The notes beneath the pieces are model-generated. The model did not search any database. It was not told where the DNA came from and saw nothing but the letters and a program-made list of their open reading frames with translations. This document shows positions 24,696 to 38,641 of a stretch of 64,000 nucleotides of DNA, piece after piece. The translations under genes and the position numbers were made by a program. The stretch covers positions 7,316,001-7,380,000 of the forward strand of contig OZ024754.1 of the NCBI GenBank assembly GCA_964016885.1. The letters are read 5' to 3'. The first letter of the stretch is position 1, and each line of letters starts with the position of its first letter. Origin of the DNA: Eledone cirrhosa (Eukaryota).

Positions 24696-26027
24696 TTATG
24701 GTTACATTTATCATTAGAATGTTCTGGCATTTGCATGTTAATTTCACTTTCACGAACAGGTTGTTCTGCTGATCAAAAGAATTGGAACACACGTCTTCGG
24801 AAACGATCGAGGTATCGAACAACATATATCTCCCAGAAAAGCAATCGAAAACTAATATGATTGTAATATCATTTTATGTCGCCATTTTCAGTCACAAGAC
24901 TATCATTAGTATTTATTTTTCATTTATTTTTATTTTTAATATCCAAATAAGATTTTCTCTGTCAAATCCATTTAATTATAACTTTAATAGAACGTCTTAT
25001 CTAATTGTTTAAGACAATCTTTCCTTCGGTAGCTTTAGAAACATTAATACGTAAATGAATAAGCTCTGGAAATTGTCACTCTGAATTCTAAAGTAATAAT
25101 ATTGAAGTAATTAGAACATTTTTAGAATGAAACATTTATTTTTCTCTTCTTATACTTGAAGGTGTTTCATATAATTACATGTATCATCATCTGTTAAAAA
25201 TTTCTAACAAGACAACCACTTTCATTACCTCCGGAAATTCACTCAAATATTCAAAACGAAGAAACAATTTTCACCAGAATGTAATTGCATTCATCAAATT
25301 AAAAATTTTCCCCACTTCATTTTTCAATATATATTAAATAATATTAAAGTCGATATTTATTCTATTTCACTGATTTTTAAAAAAATATTTCGATGAAAAT
25401 GTCTGTTAAACTAAAACGGACAAATTTATAATCAGAATTCAGCAGAAAATATAATCGCATGCATTTAGCAGGTGGTATGTTTAGATAGTAAATATTTTCA
25501 TAGCGTATTTTCTCTGGTATAATACGAACACGCATCATTGGCACAGGGAATGTAAGTGAGGAATGTGTTTTCTATTGGAAAAATCAAGAAAAAGAAAAGA
25601 GAATGTTTATAGGAAAATTTATTGATTAAGATTTTTTTCTATGATAAAGTGGAACGACAACGAGTAAGCAGCACATAAGATTTTTGTAGCCTGCATGGTT
25701 TTAGCAGGAATGGAACAAGGTTTGGAGGAAGAATGGATGAATGTAAGTTTAAATGCAAACAAAACGGAACGAATTCAGCCAGTAATTACAACTAAATTTC
25801 AGTGTATCGATATCTTGTGTAGTTACAAGACCTGAAATTTTTGGGAAGGGTGCAATTGAGTATAAGGTACTTAATTTTCTCAAACCCGGAAGGATGAAAA
25901 GCAAACATTATCGCGGTTGCATTTTAACTGTGTGAAACCCGACGCTAATCTTTATATTCATATTCTACTTAATCAAGTAAAGCAATCATATATACAGAGG
26001 CAGAACATCATTAAGTTAATTTTAATA

Positions 26028-26410
26028 ATAATTGTTACTACTTTTTGTACAAGACCAGCAATTACCTAACTGCATTACTGGTACTTTATTTTATCGACCC
26101 CGTAAGGGTGAAAGGCAAAGTTAACCTTGGCGCGATTTGAATTCAGAAAGTAAAGGGCCATAACTCTATACTGCAAAGCATAGTGTCTGACGCTCTACCG
26201 AATCTGCCAATCCACCAATAAGTTAACTTTAATAATTGTTTCTACTTTTGGCACAAGGCCAGCAATTACCCAGTACATTACTGGTACTTTATTTTATCGA
26301 CCCCCGTAAGGATGAAAGGCAAAGTTAACCTCGGCGGGATTTGAACTCAGACTGTAAAGGGACGTAACTATGCTAGAAAGCATGGCGTCCAACCCTCTAC
26401 CGATACTGCC
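26028..26410 (-). mobile_element. two tandem Deu/Nin-like SINE copies
   Basis: Family motifs; the second is nearly the reverse complement of 21414-21595. Confidence 0.92.
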
Positions 26411-26664
26411 ACTTTAATGATGTGTATAAATAATAACTGTGAAATCTTTGATAATATTGGGTTTATATAGAAGGGAAACAACACAACTTTGCAAAGATAT
26501 TTCTTCAACTTGGCTTTCGCGTACAGTAAATAATACTTCCAAAGTGAAATATTGATTTGTTATGATTAAAAATCAGCTTCACCTGTTTCATGTTCATGTG
26601 AGATAAACTTCTTGTAAAAGATGAGGAAAGCGGCGTAATTAATTATATACATATTGCCTACGTG

Positions 26665-26785
26665 ATGGCACGTGGGTGAGTGGTTAGAGAATTGGATTCG
26701 CAAGCCTGAGGTTGTGAATTCGATTCCCGGACCGGGTTATGCGTTATGTCCTTGTGCAAGACACTTTATTTCACGTTGCTCCTTC
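26665..26785 (+). mobile_element. CORE-like SINE head fragment
   Basis: GAGTGGTTAG...GAATTCGATTCCCGGACCGGG...GTCCTTGTGCAAGACACTTTATTTCACGTTGCTCC. Confidence 0.8.
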
Positions 26786-27083
26786 TACCTGGAGTTGCGA
26801 CCGATAGATAGTATTAGCAATTGGAAAGACCAATGGAAAGATTGTTTCGCCGGTCCGATTTGACGAAAGTCGATCGACTGTCGATACTGCCTACGGTACT
26901 ACGGACAAGAACAGATAACCTGATGTGAATGCTTGAATCTGATTAGAATGGATGTCGTTCACGGGTCTAAAAACTCACCAGTCCAAATAATACCCAGATT
27001 TCATGTTATATAATCCTGAAACTAAAACATCCCAGTTATACGGAATGGGTGGTGGAGCAAATATGATTTCTGTTTCAAAGAAT

Positions 27084-27123
<40 letters not shown>

Positions 27124-27849
27124 AGCTGCAAATATCCTTCATAGAAAAAGACTAGGGCTGCGTACAGATGAATGTGTTTGATGCATGACAATCTGTAGAA
27201 GATAATGGAATTTCGAATAAACCGGGAGACATTGCGTAGGAAATTACGGAGGCTAAATATATATGTAAGATAGACAGACACTTTCATTGAAACTCTCGTT
27301 AGATTTCTGTAGTAAGTGTAATAACTATATATATGAAGACATGAAGATGACCAAACAGGAAGCTGCTAATTAAAACAGTCAGTTGATGGAATAGCAATTA
27401 GATTTATATTCAGCGAAGAACATTCACTGCTCCTACTTTTTATCACTATTGACGCCTGTACACATATTCTTATTATCTATAGTGACTACTAGTTCAAGAA
27501 ACTGATATGTTGTCATCATCTATTGGTGCCTGATGTATGTAAAGTGTATGGGGATGTTTTTTTTTGTGTGTGTTATGAATGGATTATAGGAAATAGGAGA
27601 AAGATACAGGATACAGTAAACACTGGAATAACCCTCCTTGAAATAACGGCTGTAGTGACATTTGCTCCTTTGACTAATACATTTCTGTTGGATATTAAGG
27701 ATATTTACTTGGACATTTTGTTAAGCAACTTTCTATATAACACGTCTGATTCTTACATATTTATAAAACCATCATTTCCAACTCCAGAACATGCTACACG
27801 TATGTCTACAAGATAAATATCTATTTTCTAGATTTGCACGATTGGGCGT

Positions 27850-28112
27850 ATCATGATCATCATCACCATCATTTCCACAACCACAACCACCGTCCTTCTA
27901 ATCCTCATTACCACCAGCATCATTTCCACAACCACATCCCCCCTAATCATCCTCATCATCTTTCTAATCATCATCATCATCATCATCATCATCCTAATCA
28001 TCATCATTTCCACAACCACTATCATCATCATCATCTTTCTAATCGTCATCATCACCATCCTTCTAATTATCATCATCATCATAACCATCCTTCTAATCAT
28101 CATCACCATCAC
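27850..28112. repeat. (CAT/CAC)n compound trinucleotide repeat
   Basis: Explains the poly-H, poly-I and poly-M ORFs. Confidence 0.95.
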
Positions 28113-29689
28113 CAGAAGATATTACGAGTGTTTGTTTTAATTATCAGTACAGTATACTTTCACATTCTGTATGTGAAACTGTCATGTGAGAAGTGAGATG
28201 AACATGTGAAACCTGACGAGTTCACATGAGATTCTCTCAAATTGAAACTTAAACAAAACCTAATGTACATAACAAAGAGGAAAGTAGATTAAAAGAACAT
28301 ATCAATCCTTTTCAAGAAATGTGCAAGATAATAATATAATTATGTAGTGAAAGAGTAACATACTACATCTCACTAATATAATGTTATAGTTATCGGAAAG
28401 GTAAGAAAATATTACCTATATGTGGCTAAAAATATATCTAATAATAAGTGAAATTAAAAAAGCTACAATAAAGGTGTAAGATAAACGGAATAAAAGTCTA
28501 AGGAAACGTTATCTGTAATTACAAGAGAATCAGATAATTTGGTAAACCTACGTAAAAGAACGCCTGGAGAGAGATAAAACAATATATAGTATTAGTGTTG
28601 AAGAAAAGTCAATGAGTGATATTTTTTCTCATAAAAGAAAGAAAATAGAATTATTTTTCTCGTTCCTTGTAATTAGTTTTCTGTCTTTACAGGTGAGACT
28701 TCAGTTGAATTATTTTCTATTTTGTTGTTGATGTTAAACTAAACTAAGGAGGTGTTGATATACTTACTTTTATGTACTTCCATATAGTTAATCCCATCTT
28801 TTTGTCTTTCTAGACTCAGGTCTGTAGACCAAGACCAGATCTGTTAAAGTTGATTTATGATCGCGGGAGGCGTTTCTCAGTAAGAGGGAGGTATCAAAGT
28901 TCTCTCAATTCTTTCGAGGTTTGGGCATAATTTTAAGATTAAGCTGGAACTTCTTGTAGTTCAAGCGGCGACATTTAGACTAATTCGTTGACACTGTCTA
29001 TATTTTCATACCTGGAGGTATAGTATTACTTGATACGTGTGATGCAAGTATCGAATATGTCCTTAATGTTACGTCCCTGTCTTAACTAACATCATAAATA
29101 AAAACGGAGATGGAAGAGAGTCTCAGATGAAACAAGAATTTCATTATTCTCAGCCAACAGACTTTTTAACAAAGGAACTCGAACAGAAGATTTGAGGAAA
29201 ATATCTCTGTTATTTCTAGCAAAGCAAACGATTTGTAAATATAGGCGTGAGAAAGAATGTATAACTGTTTCCTTTCTATATTTGGCATAAATAACATGGA
29301 GTGTAAATATATATGAACAACTATTAGATGGAACAAAATAAGAACAGATATTATTTCTACTTAAGTCTTCATCAATGACAGATGATCACATCTGTGTTTT
29401 AAATATTGTAATGAATTAAAGGAAGAGACAGTACATAAGTGGAAATATAGACAATTATAATCTCTATATTACCGACTAAAGGTTGGTGATAATGAAGTTT
29501 AATGTCAACTCAAGTAGAATTTTATTTCAGAAATTAGAGGAACAAAGCTCAATACTATTAAACACTTAGTTTTGTATTGTTCAGTTAATGTCACTTTCCT
29601 TCTTATATCAGAAATTTTAGTACTTCATTTATCCAATTAAATATTTGTTCTACATTCTTCAATCATCACACTTAATTATCTATTTTTAT

Positions 29690-29893
29690 CATAGGCACAA
29701 GGCTCGCAATTTTGGGAGAGGGGAAAGTCGATTAAATCTACCTCAGTGCATTACTGGGCTTTATTTTATCGATCCCGATAGGATGAAAGGCAGAACTAAA
29801 CTTGGCAGGATTTGAACTCAGAATGTAAAGTGACGTAACTCTATGCTGCAAAGCATTGTGTCCGAGGCTCTAGCGATACTGACAATCAACCGT
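29690..29893 (-). mobile_element. Deu/Nin-like SINE
   Basis: Family motifs. Confidence 0.88.
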
Positions 29894-30766
29894 TCTTAAT
29901 TAACGAAATGTATCATATGTCTTTAATTCACCGTTCCTTCATATCTGAAAATAGGCGCTTTCTGTTCACACAACAGCTATTCATCTTTTTCAGTTTCGTG
30001 GATGTTCAGCTCTCATCCAGGGACATATTCATCAATATTCTCATCATAAATTCTATGTAGCTCTTTGATGTGTTTTAAACACGTGTTCAGCTGTGTCATC
30101 AACCTTTTGTTTCTTCTCTTTTCCTCTTTTCCTCTACGTTTAGCCTTCTTTACCAGCCCTCATTCGATCTCCAGTGTCACTGTTTAAAACCGAAGCAATG
30201 TATTATATACAGAAAACAATAAAACTGTAGAGGTTATTGACACGAAAATAATTGTCATAAAGGTGACTATCTCAAAACGCTAGCTATTTATATTCTAAAA
30301 TACCACGTAATTTCAATAACTGTTTCCAGTACCCGCTCCTGCTACTACAATAGTAAACATGTATATACTTAATTAATTTGTATTAAGTGAAAGAAATCTT
30401 TAGAAAATTGCCAGTGACATTGTTCACGGAGACAAAGGAAATATTCTGCTTTTTATTTTATTGCATATTCATTGTTTATTTACATTACACTCACTAGAGG
30501 ATATCACAACAGCCTCGAGTTAAATTGGAAATAAATTAGAATTTCTAATTATACCAGATATAATTAACCAAATATTGTGAACATTCCACAAACTATCCGA
30601 CAACCAAGAATTTCTCGAAATAGAAAGTTAGAAATGGAAACAACTTCTTAATGGAACTGATCCACACTAAAGTATATAGAAAAGCAATATTTTCTCTAAT
30701 TAAACAATACATATTATAACATACATACACAAATTAGAGGTGGATTGGAAATGATTGCTTACAAGT

Positions 30767-30970
30767 GAAGACTCATGGCTCAGTTGTTAGATCTCGGACT
30801 TACAATTGTGACATTGTGAGTTCGATTCTCGGACCGGGCTTTGCGTTGTGCTCTTGAACAAGACACTTTATTTCATGTTGCTACAGTTTACTCAGCTGTA
30901 GAAATGAGTTGCGACGTCACTGGTGCCAAGCTGTATCGGCCATTGCCTTTCCCTTGGACAACATCGGTGA
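30767..30970 (+). mobile_element. CORE-like SINE, tail type 2, truncated
   Basis: Matches 32585-32780. Confidence 0.85.
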
Positions 30971-31077
30971 AGTGTCGATTATTTTCTGTTAGATTTGTCG
31001 TTGACTTCTGGCATTCTTGGTCCTCATCTACTTACTGCATTGCCTCATTGTGGACCGGATAAAATAAAGTAATAACT

Positions 31078-31425
31078 AAGTCGCTCTCCGGTTTGCGGTC
31101 GTGCCCGTGGCAGTGGAGACTTCTGGTGTCCCTGGCCCTAGGGCTACCTCCCTACACACCACCATAGGCGCTCAGCTGGCCAGCCGCAGGTGTGAGCCTC
31201 GCGAGATGAAACGGCTCTTCCAGCGCATCTCCGTTACCATCCTCCGGGAAAAACGCCTTCACCATTGTGTCTGCCGGGGCGGTGGGGAGGCCAGCACGTG
31301 GGACCCCATTTTCTCATAATACAGAGAGATAGGGAGGATGAGAGAGATGGAGTTCGGCTCTTCCACGTTCTAACCATATCTTTGTGGTTGTGTTCATTAT
31401 CTATAGATAACTCTATAACGTGTCT
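31078..31425 (+). mobile_element. CRE-like 3' fragment
   Basis: VPVAVETSGVPGPRATSL.TTIGAQLASRRCEPRE is homologous to 18766-19208. Confidence 0.85.
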
Positions 31426-31525
31426 GCATCACTAAGTGATGGAGGCTAGTTATTCGGCTTTTCTTTCCTATCAAAAATGCTTTCCTTGCGTCTAAATTAT
31501 AAACCATTTTTAAAAGTTGGTGTAT

Positions 31526-32060
31526 TGGCAGTATCACCAGACCTCAGATAACATGCTTTACCGCATAGTTATGGCCCTTTACTTTCTGAGTTCAAATCCC
31601 GCCGAGGTTAACTTTGCCTTTCATCCTTACGGGGTCGATAAAATAAAGTACCAGTAATGAACTGGAGTAATTGCTGGACTTGTGCCAAAAGTAGAAACAA
31701 TTATTAAAAGTTACTTGCTTAAACATAACAAGTTTTCAAACTTATGTTCGGCTAAATATATTACAAAAAGTAGGATTGCTGAAATCGAAATTTTAAATTT
31801 TAAATTAGAAAAAAGAAACCACCACTCTAGACATGATAATGGAGAAACAGTTTTCTGTGATTAAATAAATAATTGTTTCTACGTTCGGCACAAGGCCAGC
31901 AATTATCCCAGTGCATTACTGGTACTTTATTTTATCGACCCCGTAAGGATGAAAGGCAAAGTTAACCTCGGCGGGATTTGAACTCAGAATGGCAAGGGCC
32001 GTAACTCTATACGTCAAAGCATGGCGTCCGACCATCTACAGATACTGCCAATCCACCGCC
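31526..32060. mobile_element. two Deu/Nin-like SINEs in tail-to-tail inverted orientation (31526-31705 +, 31868-32060 -)
   Basis: Family motifs in opposite orientation, ~160 bp apart. Confidence 0.9.
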
Positions 32061-32584
32061 CTTGATTAAATAAATAATGAGGAAATTATTGGAGATTTCA
32101 AAAAGAAAATATTGACATTCGGTTCTAAACCAACATCAAATATATATAATTAAAAATAGATTTAAATGTTTTGTTGTAGAAATGTTATTTCTAATTAAAT
32201 CGCCGCTTTTGGAAATATTCAGATGGAAATATTTTTTTACATCCAATTTAACGCATTTTTCCCTGATTTCCTGAAATTATTCTAAACGCTGGTATAATAC
32301 ATTCATTTCTGGGCCAATTAAATGCGTCTGTGTCGTTAGTAAAAGTTGAATTTTAGATATTCGCCAGACACAATGCAAGAAATATCGATGTAAAATATTG
32401 GAAAATGTGCTCGAATTCTGAAGCATGAGGATCTGATCCCATTAACTCCTACAGGATGAAGAACTATAAATATCTTGTCAGGATGTTTGGTGAGATAACA
32501 GGATATTTTAGTTTTGTCTACTGATTCTACCATATTAAGTAACTCTAGGGTTGTATTATATATATATGTCTATTCTATGATGAG

Positions 32585-32922
32585 TGAAGGCTTAGTGGTT
32601 AGAGCATTGGGCTTGCAATCGGAAGGTGGTGAGTTCGATTCTTAGACCGGGTGATGCATTGTGTCCTTCAGCAAGACACTTTATTTCACTTTGCTCCAGT
32701 TTACTCAGCTATAGAAATGAGTTGTGACGCCACCGATGTCGAGCTGTATCTTCCATTGCTTTTCCCTTGGATATCATCGGTGGCGTGGAGAGGGGAGACT
32801 GGTATGCATGGGCAACTGCCAGTTTTCCACAAATGACCTTGCCCGGACTTGTCCCTCGGAGGGGAAACTTTCTAGGTGCAAATCCCATGGTCATTCGTGA
32901 CCAAAGGGTGTTTTTGCCCTTG
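32585..32922 (+). mobile_element. CORE-like SINE, near full length, tail type 2
   Basis: tRNA head (GGCTTAGTGGTTAG...GAGTTCGATTC), core, 3' tail ending before (GAT)n. Confidence 0.88.
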
Positions 32923-33454
32923 TATGATGATGATGGTGATATTGATAGACCAGATCGTGGTGGTGGTGGTAAACAGAGAGAGAGAAACAATGGTAGTAAA
33001 AGAGGTGATGGTCTCAGTAGTATGGATGTTTGTGGTAGTTTTGACACTCATATCAATCCATTTTAAAACGGAACTCATCTCATATTTACATATTGTACGC
33101 AGCTTTCTTCCTACCAGCTCTGCTAACTGAAAGCCTATTGTAAATGTTTCGATTGCAAGCCAGAGAATATTTCAAAATATCATAGCATGCATATAATTGT
33201 AACTTAATGCGGAAAAAGTACGAGGGATTTCATTGGAAATCACTGTTAGCTGAAATATTTATGGAAACAATCAGATTTTCAAAACCTTCAGAGTTAATGA
33301 AGCTGTTCACTATTGCTACCGTTACGTTGTAGTGGTCTTAGTAAAAGCTGATTAACAGAAGTATTGTTAGTTTGAAGGTTGGGGCAGTAAACCAGTTGTA
33401 AAACATTTTTTTTTTATGTGCCAAGTAAGCTTCTTCAGTAATGTTGGTAGAGTC

Positions 33455-33701
33455 ACTGCCTCCGTCTCGCACGTTCTCCTCATCTTTCACTATTATAAGC
33501 AAATGAAGGCCCACGTTCTGGCCGCCCCGTGGCCCGGCGTACAGTGTAGAGAAGGCATTTCCCCGGAGGAGGAGGAGGGAGACGTGTTGGAAGAGCCATT
33601 CCAGCTTGTGAAGCTGACATGTGTGGGTAGCCAACCTAGTGATGATGGTGGGGAGTGGGGAGGTGGACATAAGGCCAAGGACACCAGAAGTTTACACTGC
33701 T
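33455..33701 (-). mobile_element. degenerate CRE-like 3' fragment
   Basis: LEWLFQHVSLLLLRGNAFS is homologous to 18766-19208. Confidence 0.8.
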
Positions 33702-33986
33702 AAAATCTTAAAAGTTAATGTGAGAGCAGCGACACGTCAAGTAGACCCAACAGATTTACTTCCTTCTGAAGTCATTAGTTAGACACATGTTCAATGTATA
33801 TAGCGAAAATTGAAGTCAGATATACATCCGGTGTAGAAACCTCATTGGCATATTACAATTATTTCGACATCTCCTTAGATATGTGAGCTTACATACGTGA
33901 CCCACACATAAGCCCACATACACATATGTATGTAAACGGTAAACAGAAATAACAAAACAACAATACAAAAGGTACATAGAGGGAAG

Positions 33987-34028
<42 letters not shown>

Positions 34029-34049
34029 TTGGTTATTGATTAGGCGATA

Positions 34050-34158
34050 TCCGCTGATGAAGCCACATTCGGCCATTATGCATTATTGCATAATATATGC
34101 AGACAGAGTGCAGTGCACCTTACTGCTGCATTAAGTGTGGCCGAAACTCGAGTCTGGG
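34050..34158 (+). ncRNA. type-I hammerhead ribozyme with extended, branched stem II
   Basis: TCCG-CTGATGA-A-GCCACATT...AGTGTGGC-C-GAAA-CTCGAG-TC-TGGG; GUC site and palindromic stem III; lies in a ~285-bp island between (TA)n runs. Confidence 0.7.
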
Positions 34159-34306
34159 AACTATTATAGGCACCCGTTTTAGGTGTGTTGTATTGAAGCG
34201 AATAACTATGTGTATACTCTGGGAATGTATCTTACATTGCTTATTGAGTACGCTGAGATACAACCGGTCCTGGCATTGATAAATATGGCGGATTCGTCAA
34301 CTCCTG

Positions 34307-34355
<49 letters not shown>

Positions 34356-34705
34356 TACCAAAATTAGATTAAAGATGCCATGTCTGAGAATATCAAAAAC
34401 ATGCGCCATATCACATGTGGAATAAGCTCAAAGATTCCAAGTAGTAAATCCGAGAATTTATTAACATTAAGTTAAAAGTTGATTGACACATATGCATATA
34501 TATATATTCTGTTGTTTACTTGTCTCACTCGCTTTACGCGATTCACTTGTCCCAATAGCTTATTTTAGTTATTGCTCGCACCAACCTGAGGTATCTGATT
34601 TTTAATGCGATGAAATACCAATGATGGTTGGCAAATCACTGATGAGGGACTAATTTTATAATATGTAATCCATGTGCAACCACGCAGTATTCTTCTCCCC
34701 TTGTT

Positions 34706-34747
<42 letters not shown>

Positions 34748-35486
34748 AGCAATTACAAGGGATAATTTGTAAAGAGTGTAAACACACATAGTTACGGAGG
34801 TAACTATATATATATATGACATTTTGTTTTTGTTATTGTATAATTTTACTCAATTTCATCGTAACCCCCCCCCCCCCCCCCACACACACACACTATCCCT
34901 GTATTTGTATTGTATCCTATATGTCGGTCCCTGTGGCCAATAAATGAAACCATTATATCGCAAACCTGAGAAAATCAGCAAAAACCACAACCTCCACTAC
35001 CAGCAACATCCACTACAACAACACCACCATTAACATGGCGTCCATGATTGGTTGGTCTTCCGTGCAATTTCTAAATACAACGACCACAACTACTAATATA
35101 CTAATATCTAACTACTTATCCAATATGGAAAACTTCAGTTTCTTTACTTGACTTCACTAAGTTGTATTATTCCTTCATTTATATCATTTATAAAACCGTA
35201 TTTCTTTAAGAAAATATAAACCAAAACATATTGAATTATTATTAACTATTCAAGTGAAATACTTTGGACAATAGTCCTGCATTAATATGGAACAAAATGG
35301 ATTTGCCAGTGGCAAGATTTTAAGTGAAATATCATCGTTTTTTTTTCGGTTTTGGTTTTAATACATTTGAATGAAAAATATACATTTCATGTTCTCTGTA
35401 GTCATGAAGACAAAAGGTGGAGTATATTTGTTTCTGCTGGTAACCACGGTAATAGATGGATATCTTACTAAAGAACTACATCTAAA

Positions 35487-35525
35487 CAAACACACACACA
35501 CACCACACACCACACACACACACAC

Positions 35526-35556
<31 letters not shown>

Positions 35557-36278
35557 CACATATACATACACACACAAACATATACACACAATACACACAA
35601 ACATATACACATAACACAAAGCACACATACACCACATAGTACAGCATACACACGTATACACACATACACACACACCACACAACACACACGCGCCCACATA
35701 TACAAATATATATACACACAACACAATACACACAATACACACGTATACACATATACATATATATATACACACACAACACAACACACACACTACACACACC
35801 ATACAATACACACGCACACATATATACACATATACATATATATATACACGCAACACAATACACACAACACACATATATACACACGCACACATATATACAC
35901 ATATACATACATATATATATATACACACACACAACACACACAATACACACGTAAATACACATATACACACACACCACACACCACGCACGCACACATATAT
36001 ACACATATACATACATATATATATATACACACACAACACAATACACACAACACAACATACACATATACACCCCCCCCCACATGCCCCCCCCCACACACCA
36101 CACCATACATCTGTGGGTATACTCGTTTTATGTATTATTGTACTTCTTTTAATGTGTGTATGTTTGTTTTTATGCTTTTTTTTTTGCACATATGTCGGTA
36201 TTAGCTGAAGTTTAATGGCTGCTTGAGATTAAATTGTGATATGCCTCTCTAAATATATTCATTTAGTTCGTTATATTA

Positions 36279-36343
<65 letters not shown>
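35487..36343. repeat. CA/TA-rich degenerate microsatellite plus (TG)n
   Basis: Explains the H/T and C/V ORFs. Confidence 0.95.
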
Positions 36344-36346
<3 letters not shown>

Positions 36347-36485
36347 ATTTATCCTTCTTGGATTGCATGTGTAAGTTTGTTTGTGCGTAAATATTTATAC
36401 TCAGCTTAACGTAGTAGTAGTAGTAGTAACAGTAGTAGCATTAATATGGTAACAGTTAGTCTGTTCATTAGCATCTTATCTCAAC

Positions 36486-37110
36486 TGGCGGTATCGGTAG
36501 TGAGTCGAACACCATGCTTTGCAGCATAGAGTTACGTCCCTTTACGATCTGAGTTCAAATCCCGCCGAGGTTAACTTTGCCTTTCATCCTCACAGGGGGG
36601 GGGGGGTCAATAAAATAAAGTACCAGTAATACACTGGGTATTTGCTGGCCTTGTGCCAAAAGTAGAAACAATTATTACGGGGTCCATGGATTGGCAGTAT
36701 CGGTAGAGGGTCGGACGCCATGCTTTGCAGCCTAGAGTTACGGCCCTTTATGATCTGAGTTCAAATCCCGCCGAGGTTAACTTTGCCTTTCATCCTCACG
36801 CGGTCGATAAAATAAAGTACCAGTAATGCACTGGGTCGATTTCATTGACGTTTCCCTCCCCCCTAAATTGCTGGCCTTGTGCCTATATATGAAACCATTA
36901 TTATTATTATGAGTGCGGTTGATTGGCAGTATCGGTAGAGGGTCGGACGCCATGCTTTGCAGCATAGAGTTATAGGCCTTTATAATCTGAGTTCAAATCC
37001 TGCCGAGGTTACCTTTGCCCTTCATCCTTACGGGGTCGATACATTAAAGTACCAGTAATGCACTGGGATAATTGCTGGCCTTGTGCCAAAAGTAGAAACC
37101 ATTATCATTA
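36486..37110 (+). mobile_element. three tandem Deu/Nin-like SINE copies
   Basis: Heads at ~36486, 36688, 36916. Confidence 0.92.
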
Positions 37111-38641
37111 TTATGAATGGAGGTGGTAATAGTAGTAGTAGGAGGTTGATAACATTTATAAAGTCCATTCATTAATATCCTATCTCTCCCGAAGTTATTC
37201 TTATATAGTAGTAACGAGTTAGATTTTATTTCACTGATGAGAACTAATGCGATCTAAACATAACCAATTCTTAGATTCCTCCTATTTCTAATTTTAATTA
37301 ATTTTAATCAAGCAACTTTCTGAAGTTTTTTCATTTCTTGACCATAATTTGTTAAAAAGATAATTACTTTTTCCTAAATACTGCGGGGATAATTTTAATT
37401 ATCTAAATATGTTTTCTCTCTCAACATGAGCTATATTAGCATCGGATACTTTAAATGAGGAGAGCGTACTTAAATTGCGTTAAAATTGCCGGTTATTTAG
37501 AAAGGCAATTTGTCAATTTGTTTTTACTCATTTCTCATACACTTTAAATTCTCAACCATCTTCTTTTTGTTTTATTTACTCTTTTACTCGTTTCAATCAT
37601 TAGCTTTCGGTCAAGCTGGAGGCAGCGTCTAAACAATGTTCTGGAGCTCAAGTCGCTTAATTAAATTATAATAGTATCTTTTAACCTGGGCTAATCCATC
37701 AACTCTTTATTCAATCACAATTATATCAACCTTCCTCACATATTCTGCTCTCACCATGCTTCTAGAATAATAAAGTTACTTTTCTTTACTCAATTTATTC
37801 TGAGAATTTCCATTCCCGCTTTTTTGTTTCATTAATATTTCACCATACGAAAACACAATTCATTCATGAAATATATTTGTGCAGAGCTACATCCGAAACG
37901 TTAAGATAGGTTTCCAATTATATCAAGCGTTAAATTAATATATCGTATTGTTTTTAAGTTGTTTTTCCTTGTTGATCGCTTTTCTAGTGGTTGCAGTATC
38001 CTTTATCATATGGTTCAATATTTGTAGCAAACTTTAATTTTATTGATATCTGATAATATACAAAGCATATCAATGAATTATTTGTTGGTTCAGCACTTAA
38101 GACGAGAAGTTATGTGGTTGAAAGAAGTCCAGCTAAAAATATCGCGCTTTGCGTTCATGACAAAAGTAGTTGTTATTTAATGTTATCCTTTGAGACAGTA
38201 GTATAGTATCTGAGTTTGATTTGTTTCATACATAAATTTGATTTACCAGCTGACCTAACAGATACCACTTGGCATCTTATGAAATCTGCTATATTTATTT
38301 GAGGAGATATATTAACTGACAATGTCACCCCAAGTAACAGGCACCAGCTGTAAAGAAGTAAGGTCACTACATCCCTAGAACACGAGAGACTGGATTTTCT
38401 TAAATATTTCCAAGAAAGATGCAAATAAAAACCAAATATATTGAAATATCATAAGATATATATGAGTAAGGTAGAAAGATGCAAGCAAGTAAATAGTGAA
38501 ATAAGTGAGAATCAGGCACCTGCCTTACACCCTTTGGATGTTTTTGTTCATCAGAAAGGTGTAACTAGACAAACAGTAAAGTAATATTAAAAGTTGAAAT
38601 TTATGAAATAGTTAAACATGAAAATATTTTGATTTGTTATA

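Noticed and set aside
35358-36204. Long ORFs of 200-277 aa (also 1944-2407, 27828-28196, 44919-45569, 47512-48295)
   Set aside because: Translations of microsatellites.
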